This document shows positions 23,324 through 24,000 of a stretch of DNA of 24,000 nt, piece by piece. The notes beneath the pieces were generated by a model. The model was not told the DNA's origin. It worked only from the letters and a program-made list of their open reading frames with translations, and did not search any database. Within the stretch, counting starts at the first letter, position 1; each line of letters begins with the position of its first letter. A program made the translations under genes and the position numbers. This stretch comes from Candidatus Parcubacteria bacterium (lineage in GTDB: Bacteria > Patescibacteriota > Minisyncoccia > Phycocordibacterales > Phycocordibacteraceae), in the NCBI GenBank assembly GCA_022616215.1, contig JAKEFE010000016.1, positions 5,175 to 29,174 on the forward strand, given 5' to 3'.

Positions 23324-23326
23324 ACG

Positions 23327-23412
23327 GGAGGGTTGCGCCGAATGGTAAGGCACCGGTCTTGAAAACCGGCGGGTGAAAACCCTTAGAGGTTCGAGTCCTC
23401 TACCCTCCGCCA
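23327..23412 (+). tRNA. tRNA-Ser (anticodon TGA), class II, CCA encoded
   Basis: Acceptor GGAGGGT/ACCCTCC + G + CCA. Anticodon arm CCGGT-CTTGAAA-ACCGG. Long variable arm CGGGTGAAAACCCTT. T arm AGAGG-TTCGAGT-CCTCT. Confidence 0.85.
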
Positions 23413-23458
23413 GTTAGGAAATGAAGTCAAGGCCAGAAGCGGGCTTTTCTAAATCTTT

Positions 23459-23575
23459 ATGAAATACTTTATCTACACACGAAAATCTACGGGGAGCGAA
23501 GAAAGACAAATCATGTCTTTGGAATCCCAGTTTTCTGAATTGAAAGAATTTGCCGCCAAAGAAAAACTTTATTAA
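23459..23575 (+). pseudogene. Truncated N-terminal fragment (38 codons) of a serine recombinase (resolvase/invertase family)
   Basis: MKYFIYTRKSTGSEERQIMSLESQFSELKEFAAKEKLY* matches the N-terminal catalytic-Ser region of serine recombinases (Y.R.S......S...Q...l..fa). It is far too short to be functional. It starts 46 nt after tRNA-Ser. Confidence 0.6.
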
Positions 23576-23598
23576 GACACAAGTGATGAAATATATTC

Positions 23599-24000
23599 AT
23601 GAATAAAGATATTCAAATATACAACGATTCTCAATCCGGAGAGGATAGAAAAATCTGCAACTTGCTTGCAAAGGAAATTAGCCGTGGCTTGCCCGAAGCA
23701 GAAAATAAAATCTGGCATCGCACTGCCGTATGGTTTTTGGACGAGAACCCTATTGTTGGATACAGTAAACAAAAAGCAGGTATTCGATTGATGTTTTGGA
23801 GCGGGGCAAGTTTTGATGAACAAGGGTTGGAAGTGCGGGGAGGAAAGTTTAAAGACGCTTCTATTTTCTACAATACGGTTTCGGAAATCAAAAAAAGTGA
23901 TGTAAAGCGTTGGCTGAAAAAATCCAAGGATATTCAATGGGACTACAAAAACATCGTCAAACGAAAAGGGGTTTTGAAAAGGCTAAACCGGCAATCATAA
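23599..24000 (+). CDS. DUF1801 (YdhG-like) domain protein
   Basis: 133-aa ORF with its stop at the window edge. The pattern ...KIWHRTAVWFLDENPIVGYSKQKAGIRLMFWSGASFDE... resembles DUF1801 proteins. It lies in visibly AT-richer DNA than the rest of the window. Confidence 0.45.
   Translation: MNKDIQIYNDSQSGEDRKICNLLAKEISRGLPEAENKIWHRTAVWFLDENPIVGYSKQKAGIRLMFWSGASFDEQGLEVRGGKFKDASIFYNTVSEIKKSDVKRWLKKSKDIQWDYKNIVKRKGVLKRLNRQS

Noticed and set aside
23287-23326. Possible additional tRNA gene upstream of tRNA-Ser (GGGCAGTTGGTTCAGTGGTAGGATAC...).
   Set aside because: Only an acceptor/D-loop-like beginning can be drawn. The D stem has mismatches, and no anticodon arm, T arm or 3' acceptor strand exists. 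At most this is a fragment, and it is mentioned under the HNH remnant finding.
1-24000. Alternative genetic code (UGA recoded, as in some CPR lineages), CRISPR arrays, rRNA genes, reverse transcriptase/DGR elements, and intact transposases.
   Set aside because: Conserved genes end at TGA/TAA/TAG where expected, and none needs read-through. No direct-repeat/spacer arrays, rRNA-like segments or RT/transposase motifs were seen on either strand.

Overview
This is a gene-dense, mostly minus-strand chromosomal segment, mid-GC by eye, read with the standard code (TGA is used as a stop). The gene content looks like a streamlined Patescibacteria/CPR (Parcubacteria-like) bacterium, but that assignment is inference from content only. 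Left to right: recO (partial), ileS, argS and glyA form a tight minus-strand operon. Divergent from glyA is a three-gene plus-strand cassette joined by ATGA start/stop overlaps: dCTP deaminase, a divergent thymidylate-synthase-family enzyme, and a DUF1599/Nmad1-like protein. Next come secE-nusG-rplK (not followed by rplA), a SIMPL-domain protein, a ZIP metal transporter, a Cys-knot secreted protein, and an HNH endonuclease whose 3' end overlaps tRNA-His. Then follow a DUF2061 protein and an acyP-uppS-rluA-rplS-tRNA-Leu string, with tRNA-Val lying divergently upstream of acyP. Two large charged orphan proteins are separated by a perfect 40-bp palindrome. Further right are tRNA-Arg and tRNA-Leu, a pilM-pilN-pilO-like cluster plus one small gene, a tRNA-binding protein, ruvX and a DUF5652 protein. 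The right end holds an HNH remnant, tRNA-Ser, a truncated serine recombinase and visibly AT-richer DNA, which looks like an island boundary. The observations most worth follow-up are: (1) a complete, apparently catalytically intact histidine-phosphatase (PGAM-type) domain inserted in-frame inside isoleucyl-tRNA synthetase; (2) the dcd / ThyA-like / Nmad1-like pyrimidine cassette beside glyA; (3) the orphan gene pair with a shared 5' motif and the palindrome; (4) HNH genes fused onto tRNA 5' ends; (5) -10-like hexamers 6-11 nt from many start codons, suggesting leaderless mRNAs. No CRISPR array, rRNA or intact mobile element was seen. All family assignments come from reading motifs by eye; no searches were run.
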